Part shown: positions 9,982-23,735 of the stretch, one piece after another
Numbering within the stretch: the first letter of the stretch is position 1
Layout: every line of letters begins with the position of its first letter
The notes under the pieces: generated by a model
What the model saw: the letters and a program-made list of their open reading frames with translations, nothing else
What the model was told of the DNA's origin: nothing
Database searches by the model: none
Assembly (NCBI RefSeq): GCF_001194135.2
Contig: NC_068983.1
Location: 15,014,261 to 15,078,260, forward strand
DNA from: Octopus bimaculoides
Lineage: Eukaryota
DNA length: 64,000 nucleotides
Direction of reading: 5' to 3'
Made by a program: the position numbers and the translations under genes

Positions 9982-12626
9982 GCATACTCATATGTATATA
10001 TATATATATATGCCTGCATACATACATAGGCACACATACTCATATATATATATATATATGATCCTTCGTAAATATTAAAGAAAAAGTAATATTCCTGTAT
10101 TTATGTGTATATTAATGTGATATGTAATGTCGAAAAAAATCGATCATCCGTATAGACATAGAATATAAGATTTAAAAATTAAATAAATAAATAATAAATA
10201 ACAAGTGGAAAAACCTGATACAAATAAATTTTCCTTTTATCTATTGAAATTCTGCGTCGATAATATAAAACCGTCATATGAATTTAGTGCACCAATATTT
10301 CGCTGTAGATCAAAAGTAGTGCAGAATACTAAAGTAGGAAATGTATCTGTATGCCAAAAGACAACAATATGTTGACAGCATAATGCTTTCATTTATTATA
10401 TTAAATAGATATATTATCAATCTTAAGAGATATACACCCCACAAGTTCTCGGCCACACAGCGTCGTATGAATAAAAGAAATGTGGTTTCTTGAAGCATTG
10501 GCCATCATAAGTAATATGCAGAGAGACTGCAACTTCATAGATAAGACTGTGTCAGATTATACATTGGGCTACTTTATCTGCTAGATATAGTTCCAAATTT
10601 CCCTTCATATTAAGCCATATTGTCTTAAGAACATTGTCTAGTGTAATGCTAAATACTCTATGCACTAGAGAAGGATGTGTATGTACATGGTTAGAACGCC
10701 TTTGCCTATAGTCTGTTCAGTCAAGTGTGTCCTGATATACGGTTAAATAATAATAAAACCACAATTGGTGTACACATATGAAGTAGTTTTAAGTTGCAAT
10801 AACCATTTACGTATCATAATTGACATATATACTTTATAGACAAGCAAGAGGGTCTGATATACAATCGGTTATAGACGTACTGTGCTGAAACACAAAAATA
10901 TCTATCAAAAGATGACAAAAAAACTCATCCCGGCAGCGGCTGGTGGTAATGCCAGATGCATTACAGCCTTCTTAGGACTTGTTAATGACGTATACATGCA
11001 GCTATGTGCTTAAGTGAAATCTGCCGCCTCTTATATAGTAAACACTGAATAATGCATTCACTGATTCTACGAATAGCCGCCGGGCTACATAAAACAACCG
11101 GTATGCGACAGCTATGTGTGTATCACACTTAACGTATACGCACAGCTGTCAGGCAAACATTGCCCGTCTATACATTTTATTTCAAACGAAAATTGCAATT
11201 CTCTGTCTGTTTATACGTTAAATATGATATACGAGTGGCTATTTTAAAATCACTGTTAATTTTATACGTGATTAACTTAATTCAAATGTAACTAAAGGAG
11301 ATTTACAAGTAATCAGGCGCTCTTATATCCTTGTTATTTTACCAAAAAATTGGCCTACATTATCAATACTCATCGGAAAATTCAACCACATACATACATA
11401 GTCTCATGCAGACATATATACATGTAGACATGCACGCGCATATATTTCTTTATGTGCATCATCACTAGAAAAGGAGTACACATGGTAGCATGTACTAAGC
11501 GTTTCCTAATAGTATTCAATGCCTTTGTAGTCGCAAGCTGACGTAGATACCATCTCAGCTCATTCATCTCCCACTCAACGTAGGATCCAGGATGTCACTG
11601 CCAACTAGATAGAATGTGATGGGTAACACCAGCGATCTGCTGGTATTAATTTCAGCTGTGTTGTCCAGAGCAACGATAAGTGAAATGATCTACTCAAAGA
11701 CAGAGTATGTAGCCTGGATTAGGAATTGAAACCAGGACATTATTATCGAGTGACCAACTCTCTAATCACTAGGCTAAAGCTCACAGAAAATAACAGTAAA
11801 TATAGACATGCAAGGATAATTCACATCCTTAGAATCAAGATCGCATCTACGTGTTTTTAAATTTAGAAATTGAAAGATGCTAAACTTAACAATATTTCTA
11901 TAATCAACAGCATCTTTGAAACTGCAATCCCATATTCCATCAGATCAAATAAACGAAAGTGATGCTATATAATTTGCAGGAAAATATGACACCATGATTC
12001 ATCGCTTTAAAATAACCAAGAAAACAAAATTGTTGTCTCTGTCCAAGCATAAAAATTAATTTCTCTTTCACCACCATAGGGACATATCATTTGCCAACTA
12101 AACATGGAAGAGTTGGCGTTATCATGTAGGGGAGAGATCAGAGCTAATTTGCGTTGCATATCGCTTAAATAACCAGAAAATACTGTCAAATAGCTGAAAA
12201 AGGGTCAATTACCCATCTATTCCAATGCCGGATTTGTTATATAAAGACCAGCGTTTCTTCAAAAACATGTCACGCCATGCCATACAAACATTGTATCACC
12301 AACTTGGTAAAGAACTCTCGGAATGGAATCCCTAAAATGCATTGTTCAAATCTGCGATATTAATCCATTAAGAAACATAAGGCAGCATCTTCATAGAAGG
12401 TTACGAGTAAGGGCGTAAAAAATTACATGAATTTTAAAGAGCGGATTAATATGTACCAAAGAAAGTATTAACATGTATCAGTCTGCGATTGATAATTTAC
12501 ATAAATGTAGAACTAATCTAAACTAGAACTAATATAATCGAGAACCGTTATATTAGCTGCAGAAAATACTTCGTAATACTGCAACAAATTTGTCATGAAA
12601 TTATGACAAATTATATTAACATTAGT

Positions 12627-12965
12627 GATGGCGCATGGCTTAGTGGCTAGAGCGTCGGGATCACAGTCATGCGGTAGTGAGTTCGGTCCTCAGACCGGGC
12701 TGTGTTGTGCTCTTGAACAAGACACTTTATTTCACGTTGCTCCAGTTCACTCAGCTGTGGAAACGAATCATGACGTCACTGGTGCCAAGCTGTATCGGCC
12801 TTGAACTTACCCTCGGATAACATCGGTGACGTAGAGAGGGGGAAGACTAGTATGCATGGGTGACTGCTAGTCTTCCATAAACAACCTTGCCCGGAGCTGT
12901 GACTCTGAGAGTAATTTGTAAATCCCTACGTGCAATTCCATGATCATTCATAACCAAAAGGGGTC
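12627..12965 (+). mobile_element. tRNA-derived SINE (family D)
   Basis: Head TGGCGCATGGCTTAGTGGCTAG (A box) and GAGTTCGGTCC (B box), then central TTGTGCTCTTGAACAAGACACTTTATTTCACGTTGCTCCAGTTCACTCAGCTG. Decayed reverse-strand relatives at about 11640-11780 and 14715-14780. Confidence 0.75.
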
Positions 12966-13424
12966 TTTTATCCTAAATTAACCTTACATTTCAATACCCC
13001 GGCTAGCCATATAATTATACATGTTTATGGAGGCAATATAAGGGCATGCGTTTTGGCATTTTATACACACAAATGCTTTTAGCTATGCTGTGTGTTTTAG
13101 ATCATACATTCGTCAGTATAAAGGGAAATGTTGGCAGTTATCAAAGTAACCCTAATATGCAAATAAGGTAGTAATCTACATGTCATTTCTTTTTGTGTAG
13201 TTATGAGCAGCAAATTCCCGTCAGATCAAGGTTAAATGGGAATTGACAACAGCTAACGAGAAACTCTTCCTTTATGCTTCGTTTTTCTCCGGAGAACTTG
13301 ATGTATATGCCAACTGTTAATTCCACAGAAATGCTGTAATTTGGCAGAATATAAATGTACTTCAGAATATCAGATATCTTCAAAAATATTAATGCAGAGG
13401 TCTCTTTCTTTTTCTTTGGCCTTA

Positions 13425-13630
13425 TATTTTACTTGGTTCAGTCCTTGATGGCGGTCATGCTGGGACACCTCCTAGAAGGGATTCAGTTGAACAAATCGAC
13501 ACCAAATATTTCATGTTTTAAGCCTGATTCGCCTTCTATCGCTCTATCTTGCCGGAATGCTATGTTAGGCAGGCAAGTTAGCAAATCAACACTAGTTGAC
13601 AAGCGGTGGTGGGGAACAAACACAAGCACA
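13425..13630 (-). mobile_element. SINE family A, decayed 3' half
   Basis: Reverse match to CGCTTGTCAAC...GATAGAA...CCAGCATGACCGCC...GACTGAACCAAGTAAAA. Confidence 0.65.
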
Positions 13631-13640
13631 ATGACTACAC

Positions 13641-13690
<50 letters not shown>

Positions 13691-14020
13691 GTGCGTGTAC
13701 ATGTGTGTTTGTGTCAGTGTGTATGTGTGTGTGTCTATATAAATATTTGTCAGTACGTCAGTATGTGTAATCTGGGCAGAAAATAGTAATGTGTACTTTC
13801 CAAAGCCTCTCTGCTAGTATTAGCTATCTGATGCTGTGATACGGTGGGGTTTTTGTCACTGGTTATACACGCGGTAATCCGTAAATGTCTGTAGAAGAGT
13901 GTATTCAAAAATATTTATAAGTAGTTATTATCAGCGTATTTTGTTCTGACTGTTATTTCCAGTAAGTAGACATACTTCGTATGTTCTGTGATTAATTTTA
14001 ATAATCTATATATATATGTG

Positions 14021-14064
<44 letters not shown>

Positions 14065-15420
14065 NNNNNNNNNNNNNNNNNNNNNNNNNNNNNNNNNNNN
14101 NNNNNNNNNNNNNNNNNNNNNNNNNNNNNNNNNNNNNNNNNNNNNNNNNNNNNNNNNNNNNNNNNNNNNNNNNNNNNNNNNNNNNNNNNNNNNNNNNNNN
14201 NNNNNNNNNNNNNNNNNNNNNNNNNNNNNNNNNNNNNNNNNNNNNNNNNNNNNNNNNNNNNNNNNNNNNNNNNNNNNNNNNNNNNNNNNNNNNNNNNNNN
14301 NNNNNNNNNNNNNNNNNNNNNNNNNNNNNNNNNNNNNNNNNNNNNNNNNNNNNNNNNNNNNNNNNNNNNNNNNNNNNNNNNNNNNNNNNNNNNNNNNNNN
14401 NNNNNNNNNNNNNNNNNNNNNNNNNNNNNNNNNNNNNNNNNNNNNNNNNNNNNNNNNNNNNNNNNNNNNNNNNNNNNNNNNNNNNNNNNNNNNNNNNNNN
14501 NNNNNNNNNNNNNNNNNNNNNNNTATATCATAAATATAATGCATTCTCCCGTCGAAGACGCGTAAGAATGTTCAACTTTTGCCGAACGACCTGCACAAAG
14601 GATTTGTTTATATTGATCAAATGCATGTGCAGTACATTAACTTACTCCATCCACCAAATCGACGTCGCCTGAAGAGGCTCAATGTGTTCGACACGTTACG
14701 TGTCAAATGATCGCAGAGCAATGGGAGATTTCTTTTACTCAAGAACACGGCGCACGAACAGTTCTAGTTACTGAAACCACCATTTCGTGGCCAACATCCA
14801 AACCACTATGCTATGTACTTCACTCATTTCACTGCAACCATGCTGAAGAGTTTTAGTCGAACACATCGAATCCAGGACATATTTTAATAAAGAACACAGT
14901 CATGCGTGGGAAAAGAGGGCCTCCACTGCTCCCATCTATTTTACTAAAACTATATGACTAAAACTATGGATGTTGTAGTATATAATTATCGCAGACGTGC
15001 AGGTTATTGTTGTAAAAGACTATCTCACACTCCCTTGTGAAGTATTAATCTTGTTCTACGCAGTTGTACCTGAAGTGTGGGATAAAGGATAACTGATGAA
15101 TTGCACAGAACACTTTTGTTAAAGTAAGGACGACTTACCAAATGTCAGTCTCATTCTTCTTCAGTGAGATCCTATTTTGTTCCTGTCACATATCAAACTT
15201 CCACGAAGATATGAGCAGGCACGTTAGATGACGAAAGCATCTTCGCTTCGCCATGCTCCACAAGATCCACATCACCTTCTTGACGGATGGGTCAACACCA
15301 GTTCTCAAGAGGTAATGAGGGACAAACGCAAACGCAGACACACACACACATTTGCACATACACACGCACAGACACACGCGTGCACACACACGCACATACA
15401 CGCAGACACACACACATATA

Positions 15421-15559
15421 TACGACAGGCTTCTTTCAGTTTCCTTCTAACAAATTCACTCACAAAGACTTGACCGGCCCGAGGTTATGGTAGAAGACAC
15501 TCGCCCAATTTGCCACGCAGTGGGATTGAACCCAGGACGATGTGGTTAGAAATCAAACC
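15421..15559 (-). mobile_element. SINE family A, 5' half
   Basis: GGCTTCTTTCAGTTTCC...GTAGAAGACACT...GCCACGCAGTGGGATTGAACCC is the reverse of the family A head. Confidence 0.75.
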
Positions 15560-16250
15560 ACGAAGATACGACACTAATGGTTTGTTTTCACTGTAAAATC
15601 AATGTTATCGTACGTAGCCAATCCTGGCATCCTACGCGTTGACGCACCTAATTTCTAATGAATCATGTAAATAATTCATACATAAATATATATATTTACA
15701 CGCACACACACACACACATACACTGGTATACATGTCTCGATGTGTGCATATCTATATGTATGTATTAGTCTGTGTCTCTGTGTGTGTACACGTATGAGTG
15801 CATTTTATTAAGAGCAAAGCATTTTCTCTGAATTTAATGGCGTCCAAGCATCTTTTTCCCTTTGTGCCCCAGGAAAACATAATATATTTTCCTATATACT
15901 TCATGACATCGAATTTCACAAACTACTTAAACATTGCTAAACAAGATATTTTTTTCCCCTTGAAATAGCAGTAATCTTCTTTCAGTTTTTAGCATGTGTG
16001 CGTGAGTGTGTGATTGCTGCGTGCGGACGAGTATCCATGTATATATGTAGATATGTATGCATATTTATTAATATATATGAATGCGTATGTGTGTGTGTGT
16101 GTGTGTGTGTGTGTATACATACATGTATACGAATATATGTATATATATATATATATACGCACATTATATATTATATATACATATATACAAGCACATGCTT
16201 TTAGACATAGATACACATGCGAACACACAAACATGCACACAGAAACACAG

Positions 16251-16304
<54 letters not shown>

Positions 16305-16398
16305 ACACACATATATATAGGTTCGTAGTTGCAAAATAGAAATGATGTGCAATTATGCTAAAGGAAGTACTCACTAAACTGGTGGATAAATTCAACTT

Positions 16399-16433
<35 letters not shown>

Positions 16434-16864
16434 CTATGTTTATGCATGTATGCATGTAGGATGTATGTTTGTGCTATGTATGTATGTATGCCTGCCTGCC
16501 TGTACGTCTGTCTCTATGCAATGCACGTATGTATGTATACGCGTGCGTATTTCAAAGCATTTCTTACGTAATATTTCATTCGCAAAGGCCAAATAGCTGA
16601 CATTTTCGTGGTTATTGATATTGAAAGCAAAATAAGGTTATTATATTTGAAAAATAACAAATAGGCACTGTCGATGCTTATCATCCTTTCTCTTCTTCTC
16701 CATCGCGCCATTTGCATTTCTCATGCAGCAGCGAGAGTATCAGATAATAAGAAAATCGAAGTGCATGAATAAGCATCTCTTGTTCAACTCTTGTTTTTCG
16801 CCATTTTGCTTTGATGCGAAATAACCTCGGAGAAGAGAATATTGTACATTATATAACAGCTTTT

Positions 16865-16865
16865 A

Positions 16866-16932
<67 letters not shown>

Positions 16933-17015
16933 CGTTATTATTATAATTATTATTATTATTATTTCTTAACTCGCACAAGTTACTTTCTACAACAGCAGCA
17001 ACAACAACAACTATG

Positions 17016-17070
<55 letters not shown>

Positions 17071-17367
17071 NNNNNNNNNNNNNNNNNNNNNNNNNNNNNN
17101 NNNNNNNNNNNNNNNNNNNNNNNNNNNNNNNNNNNNNNNNNNNNNNNNNNNNNNNNNNNNNNNNNNNNNNNNNNNNNNNNNNNNNNNNNNNNNNNNNNNN
17201 NNNNNNNNNNNNNNNNNNNNNNNNNNNNNNNNNNNNNNNNNNNNNNNNNNNNNNNNNNNNNNNNNNNNNNNNNNNNNNNNNNNNNNNNNNNNNNNNNNNC
17301 TACTACTACTACTAGTGTTATTGTTTCGTTGCAGCTACTGTTGTAGTTTTTCTTTTTTTCTTCGGAA

Positions 17368-17436
<69 letters not shown>

Positions 17437-17445
17437 CATTATTAT
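16865..17445. repeat. (TTA)n, (CAA)/(CTA)n across a gap, and (TAT)n microsatellites
   Basis: Directly visible. Confidence 0.95.
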
Positions 17446-17856
17446 TTCTGCCAGGAAAAATCTAACCATCATTGCAAATAAAATTGCTAGTGGGCATAAT
17501 TACATGAAACGGAATTATTCTAATGGCTTCCAGTTTAGAATGAACAAACAAAAAGCAATTTCCTTTGGGTACTTCCCATGAATCCTTTCGGCTGTACATT
17601 GAGAGTAAATGGCATGATAGAAAATTAAATTAACGCTTGGATGTCTTACACGGAAATTTGTTGAAGAAAGTGTTTGTTGGAGACGGAGATATGCATCTTG
17701 TATACTAATGTAAAAATACTCACGCTGCTGTAGTTTGTACTGTGTTCCTATATGACATAATTGGGTGTATATAAGGAGAGAATATATATTCGGCTGTATG
17801 AAGATATGTTCGTTGTGTAAGTTTATACGCATACACACATTTGTGTGTATATATAT

Positions 17857-17889
<33 letters not shown>

Positions 17890-18002
17890 TGTACATATAT
17901 GTATGTTTGTATATATATTTATATGAACATACATACGTTTGTGTGTGCGTGCGTTTCTGCTTATATGTGCATATTATACACACGCACACACACATATATA
18001 TA

Positions 18003-18044
<42 letters not shown>

Positions 18045-19415
18045 NNNNNNNNNNNNNNNNNNNNNNNNNNNNNNNNNNNNNNNNNNNNNNNNNNNNNNNN
18101 NNNNNNNNNNNNNNNNNNNNNNNNNNNNNNNNNNNNNNNNNNNNNNNNNNNNNNNNNNNNNNNNNNNNNNNNNNNNNNNNNNNNNNNNNNNNNNNNNNNN
18201 NNNNNNNNNNNNNNNNNNNNNNNNNNNNNNNNNNNNNNNNNNNNNNNNNNNNNNNNNNNNNNNNNNNNNNNNNNNNNNNNNNNNNNNNNNNNNNNNNNNN
18301 NNNNNNNNNNNNNNNNNNNNNNNNNNNNNNNNNNNNNNNNNNNNNNNNNNNNNNNNATATATATATATATATATATATATACCCGCATACAGTCATATGT
18401 GTGTATGTTTCAGTTTGGTTTTGTGTCTATATGTGAAGATCACACGAAGTCATCCATTTGTATAACAAAGCTCGCACAAAAAAAAAAACCCAACGTTGAC
18501 GCTACGCCAATATATTCAACCTTTCACATGTACGTGTATGTCCGTTCGTGTGACCGTGTGTGTATGTATGTGTGTGACATAGGAACGGTGTCTATGTGTT
18601 ACAAGCTGGGGATTAGTTAAGAATTCTATTTGAGCATTGATCAAGGGAATGACCTCTGGCATAGTCCGTAATTTCAAAACTGTGGTTTCTTTCACAGGAA
18701 GAACTTAGTAGAAAACAAGACTAAAAAATTCTTATTACGATACAAATCCAAGGATACTAGCAGCAGCCTAAACAGCCTGAGACAATCTTAACTAGAACTT
18801 TTTCCTGCTTTTTTCCTTTTTACATTTAATTGGAAATTGAAACTACCTGACGTAATCTGATCGTTCAATACCTTCGCTGATTAAGATTTGCTTCATGCTA
18901 CCCTGAGAACGTAGCATATATCGCAAGTATTTTTCCTTGCTATGAACTTATATCTATATATGGTGGAAATGACTGAATTCACTATATTTCTATAATTTAT
19001 TAATCCAACGTGAAAGCTTGTATCTGGTCATTGAGATAGCTCTTCGAGCTACCATCTCTCCGTCCAACCGTACCCCCACGTTCGTCCATTCACATCGATA
19101 TCAATTCATGGGTGAGTCAAGGAATGAGTAACAAGTTTTGTTTTCTCCTGTGCGAATGTATTGCTCACTGTGAACATTTTTCAGCTTCTACTACACTAGT
19201 TAGAAATAGGAGTCAAATCCACCACAAATCCTAACCTGATATTATTAAAGTAAGAAGCAGTCTCTGAATGCCATTATTCTACGTATACAACGAAGAAAAG
19301 AAAATAGAAACAGGATTGTGTCAACTGACATTTCTTTGGACATATGTTCTCGATAGCCGGGATTAAGCATCAACAGCCACAACTTGAACGTAATTCTTCG
19401 ATCCTCATGTACATA

Positions 19416-19608
19416 GGCGTAGGAGTGGCTGTGTGGTAAGTAGCTTCCTTACCAACCACATGGTTCCGGGTTCCGTCCCACTGCGTGGCACCTTGGGCAA
19501 GTGTCTTCTACTATAGCCTCGGGCCGACCAAAGCCTTGTGAGAGGATTTGGTAGACGGAAACTGAAAGAAGCCCGTCGTATATACGTATATATATATATA
19601 TATATGTG

Positions 19609-19655
<47 letters not shown>

Positions 19656-19874
19656 ATATGTTTGTTTGTCTGTGTTTCTACCCCCAACATCGCTTGACAA
19701 CGGATGCTAGTGTGTTTACGTCCCCGTAACTTAGCGGTTCGGCAAAGGAGACCGATAGAATAAGTACTAGGCTTCCAAAGAATAAGTCCTAGGGTCGATT
19801 TGCTCGACTAAAGACGGTGCTCCAGCAAGGCCACAGTTAAATGACTGAAACAAGTAAAAGAGAGTAAAAGAGAG
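19416..19874 (+). mobile_element. SINE family A, full length
   Basis: GGCGTAGGAGTGGCTGTGTGGTAAG head, internal (TA)n/(TG)n, conserved 3' half, (GTAAAAGA)n-type tail. Confidence 0.9.
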
Positions 19875-20099
19875 TATAATCTTGTGGAAGGAAAACGGAT
19901 CGTAATTTCGCTCCATGTAGTAGAGTTACATTTTTATGGTAAATCGCGATAAATAACACGAGAAAAGCATAACTTTGCCGAGCAGAGATTTGTTCAGATT
20001 GCTTCAAACAGAATGAAATCCAGTAAAAGCAGTTATGAATCAAAGAGAGGTGATAAAATGGGTAACCAATTGTGCTTACCGATGAATTCTATCATTTTA

Positions 20100-20300
20100 T
20101 AGGCACAAGACCGGAAATTTTTGTGGAGTGAGGACTTTGTCAATTACATCAACTCCAGTGTGCGACCGACACTTGATCAATCCTGAAAAGAGGCAAGGCA
20201 ATGTCGAGCCTGGTTGCATTTGCACTCAGAATGTAAAACCGGAAGAAATACCTCAAAGCATTTCATCCGACGTATTAACGATTCTACTCGCAGTCTGCTT
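20100..20300 (-). mobile_element. SINE family B, diverged
   Basis: Reverse match: GGCACAAG...ACTCAGAATGTAAA...TAACGATTCT. Confidence 0.65.
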
Positions 20301-20326
20301 TTATGTGATTAGCAATTAATAACATA

Positions 20327-20500
20327 CTAGTGTGACCCGTGGAAATTCCACATTAAGAGAAGCAATTTTTAGAAAGTTTTATAACGTGATTTCTCTATAT
20401 GTCACCTTAGTGTCGTACATTAAGACAGTCTGATAGATAGTACCACGGAACGGGGTAGACACCAATTGTCCCCACTTTATGTATTTCGAAATACTCTGCC
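20327..20500 (-). mobile_element. Helitron 3' end (related terminus, different interior)
   Basis: A-CTAG-TGTGACCCGTGGAAATTCCAC mirrors the terminus at 22751 (hairpin + CTAG|T on minus). The 5' end was not located, so the upper coordinate is arbitrary. Confidence 0.55.
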
Positions 20501-21214
20501 AACAATCGTAATCAAACCAAAACAACACACAACAAACCATAACAACTTCTCAACAATTTCCTGTAACTCCGATAACTCATGAACGACATCTTTCGACTTC
20601 CTGTGATTTCTCATCTCTCCCTTTCAGTCAAACAGGTTGCTACTTACACGAGTTGGGCTAGTGAGTTCTCACATGGGATGTCATGATTCTTGCCATAAGA
20701 GAAAGAAAGGATGATCTGCGTTTTTATCTTTATTATGCGAAGTTATTTCACTTCCAGTCACAATAATATATGATTTTAGGACTTCCCTCTGCTAAGCACT
20801 TTATCTTTCTCTCTTTCTGTCTACCCCTTCAAACAAACTGTTTAACGATGTAATTCCCCGCTTCACGTCGCTAACATTTCTCTCTTTTTACCTCTCACTT
20901 CCACTAACCACACAAGTGACAGCTCGATGCATCGGCTGGCTATCTATTCTCTCACTCACCCTCACATTTCTTCTTCTCTCTCATTCCCCCTCCTCCTCTC
21001 CTCCTCCTCCTCACGAACAGACAAAAGTATAAAGTTTGAACGAACAGTTAGTAGAATAATATAGATTTAGTTCAATAAAAACAATTCTTTTCACTTAGAA
21101 AATTGGGTTGATCAAAGCTTGTAGTAGAAGAGAATTGCTCCAAATTATGTGAGGTAGAATCAAACCCCAGGTCCATGATCACGATAGGAAATTCTCCATT
21201 TTAGAGTTATAGGC

Positions 21215-21344
21215 ACAAGCATGCTCGTGGGGTAAGAAGTTAGCTTCTCGACCATATGAATCCAGGTTCTGTCCCACTGCATAGTACCTTGGGGGAGTGT
21301 CATCTGCTACAGATTTGTGAGTAGATTTGGTAGACAGATACTGC

Positions 21345-21391
<47 letters not shown>

Positions 21392-21635
21392 TGTATGTGT
21401 GAGTGTGTGTGTATGCGTTTATATGTGTCTGTGCTTTTGTTTGTCCTCCACCACTGCTGGATAACGAGTGTCGGTTTGTTTGCTTTCGCATAAGTTAGCG
21501 GTTCGGCATAAGAGACAGCGTAAATACCAGGTTTAAGAAATAATAGGTACTTAGGCCAATTTGCTCGACTAAACCCTTCGCCGCGCTGCCCCAGATTGGC
21601 CACAGTGCAGTGACTGAAACAAATAAAGAACAAAA
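21215..21635 (+). mobile_element. SINE family A, older diverged full-length copy
   Basis: All family A blocks are present but diverged. A further reversed partial head lies at about 21103-21195. Confidence 0.7.
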
Positions 21636-22121
21636 TAATGACTGTAAGTATACATAAGGTGATGGGTGCAGGCATAGATGTGCATAAAAACTAATTGATT
21701 TTAGACCTCGTTAATGATCAAACGGTTACTTGATTGCAGCACAGCATTATTTCGGTGCCTATAACCGTATAACAAAAGATTTGTAATTGTATTAATTAAA
21801 TCCAAAATTTCTATCAGAAACACTGGAAAACAACCTTTATTCAATTTTAAATATTAGCTACAAATTGAATTTATTATTTAAATTTCAAAGAAATATTTGT
21901 GTTGAAAACAGAGAACACTGGGTGGGTACTCCGGTTAGCTATAAATACGAGTGTACCCGTCGCTAACTGATTTATCTACTGCCACCAGGCCATTTAATGG
22001 CATGCCTCTAACCTTCTTTCGTTTCACACTCCGTTACTAATACCATTTACCAAATTAATGCCCTCTCTCTCTCTCTTCCTCTCCGCTGTGGTTCCATTAG
22101 CAACTATATTTGCCTTGTATG

Positions 22122-22510
22122 GGAGGCGCAGTGGCCCAGTGGTTAGGGCAGCGGCCTCGGGGTCGTAGGATCGCGGTTTCGATTCCCAGACCGGGCGTTG
22201 TGAGTGTTTATTGAGCGAAAACACCTAAAGCACCACGAGGCTCTGGCAGGGGATGGTGGCGAACCCTGCTGCACTCTTTCACCACAACTTTCTCTCACTC
22301 TTACTTCCTGTTTCTGTTGTGCCTGTAATTCAAAGGGTCAGCCTTGTCACACTGTGTCATGCTGAATATCCCCGAGAACTACGTTAAAGGTACATGTGTC
22401 TGTGGAGTGCTCAGCCACTTGCACGTTAATTTCACGAGCAGGCTGTTCCGTTGATCGGATCAACTGGAACCCCTGACGTCGTAAGCGACGGAGTGCCAGT
22501 TTTTTTTTTT
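22122..22510 (+). mobile_element. Full-length young tRNA-derived SINE (family C) with 13-bp TSD
   Basis: Head GGAGGCGCAGTGGCCCAGTGGTTAGGGC (A box) and GGTTTCGATTCCC (B box). TSD TTTGCCTTGTATG at 22109-22121 and 22511-22523. T-run tail. Confidence 0.9.
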
Positions 22511-22750
22511 TTTGCCTTGTATGAGGTGTTATATAATTTCTCCACTCTCATCTCTACTACTTTCTCTCTTTTACTGTTATTTTCTTTTCTTCTAATTAAA
22601 TGCTTTATTCGTAAAATGTAATTCAGTCCAGTTAGGATTTGCTGTTACAACTTATAACAATTCGTCCCAATATGCTATATCGATACTCAACTGTCATTAT
22701 TTGATAGATGGTTGATAACTTCACCAGTTAAGTACTCTGATAATGGCAAA

Positions 22751-23178
22751 CTAGTGGGACCCGTGAATATTTCACGGAATTAATGGTAAACATATTGGGT
22801 TAGTTTTGAAAGCTTTATCCAAAAGACCTCAAAGCGTTGCCTGTGTTGTGTCTGTATGGAAAGATAGTTGCTCACCTACTACTCATTGGAAAATGAAAGG
22901 AATTGGAATACGATGATTACTTAATGCACTTTATAGATACACTTTATAAACTTTATACCCAATTTTATAGACCTAATACACAACACTCACAAAATAAATA
23001 TTCACTCTTATTTTTCCATTTTTCTCATAAGCAGGAAAAAAAATACACATCTCGTACGTATGATACAACCTTGAATTAAATTGCATATATCTGCTATGTA
23101 AATATACGGGAATATTTCACGGAATTGCACTTAGGTGCTTGCGTTAAGTGATAAGTGATATATAAAAAAAAACTTAGA
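22751..23178 (-). mobile_element. Complete non-autonomous Helitron (428 bp)
   Basis: Minus strand: A|TCTAAG... start at 23178, and 3' hairpin CCGTGAA-ATA-TTCACGG (22761-22777) 6 nt before terminal CTAG|T (22751-22754). No TSD. A second copy of the hairpin motif lies at about 23105-23121. Confidence 0.8.
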
Positions 23179-23199
23179 TGAATTAAAAAAATAAAGAAC

Positions 23200-23658
23200 A
23201 CTTTTCACTATCCAATCACCACCACCACCTCCACCTCCACCTCCCCCTCCACCATCATCTTCATCTTTATTTCCTCGTCTCTCTCTCAGTCCCCTCCCTC
23301 TCTCTCTCAATACTCTCCCTCTCTCTCTGAATCCTCTCCTCCTCTCTATCTCTCCATCTCTCCCATTTTTTCTTTAACCTCACCATCAGAACATCACCTC
23401 TCTACTAAAATTATATTTTTAACTCTCCTCCCCTACTTTCAAGTAACTTTTTAACCTCGTAATAAATATTACGTTCCTCCCACCACACGTCATGGGCGCT
23501 TCTCTCTCCCTCTTTTTCTCTGTCCGTCATTTTGTCTCACTCTTCGCCTTCTTTTTCTCTCTCCTTTTCCTTCCTCCTCTCTTTCCCTTCAACTAATCAC
23601 ATGAAAGCGTTACTATTACATTCCATCTATCACACGTCATGAACACTTCTCTCTCCCT

Positions 23659-23734
<76 letters not shown>

Positions 23735-23735
23735 A
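23200..23735. repeat. Polypyrimidine low-complexity region with (CT)n
   Basis: C/T-rich tract ending in a long (CT)n. Contains an imperfect internal repeat (CACACGTCATG..CTTCTCTCTCCCTC twice). Confidence 0.9.

Noticed and set aside
14660-14710. Hammerhead-like CTGAAGAGG...CGACACGT
   Set aside because: GAAA is replaced by GACA, there is no valid NUH, and stem II does not pair.
15140-15330. GC-richer segment with splice-like sites on both strands
   Set aside because: Frames are short or stop-interrupted and the resemblance to a Tc1 motif is too weak to call.
12627-22200. tRNA genes at SINE heads
   Set aside because: A and B boxes are present but I see no closed cloverleaf, and each continues into a SINE body.
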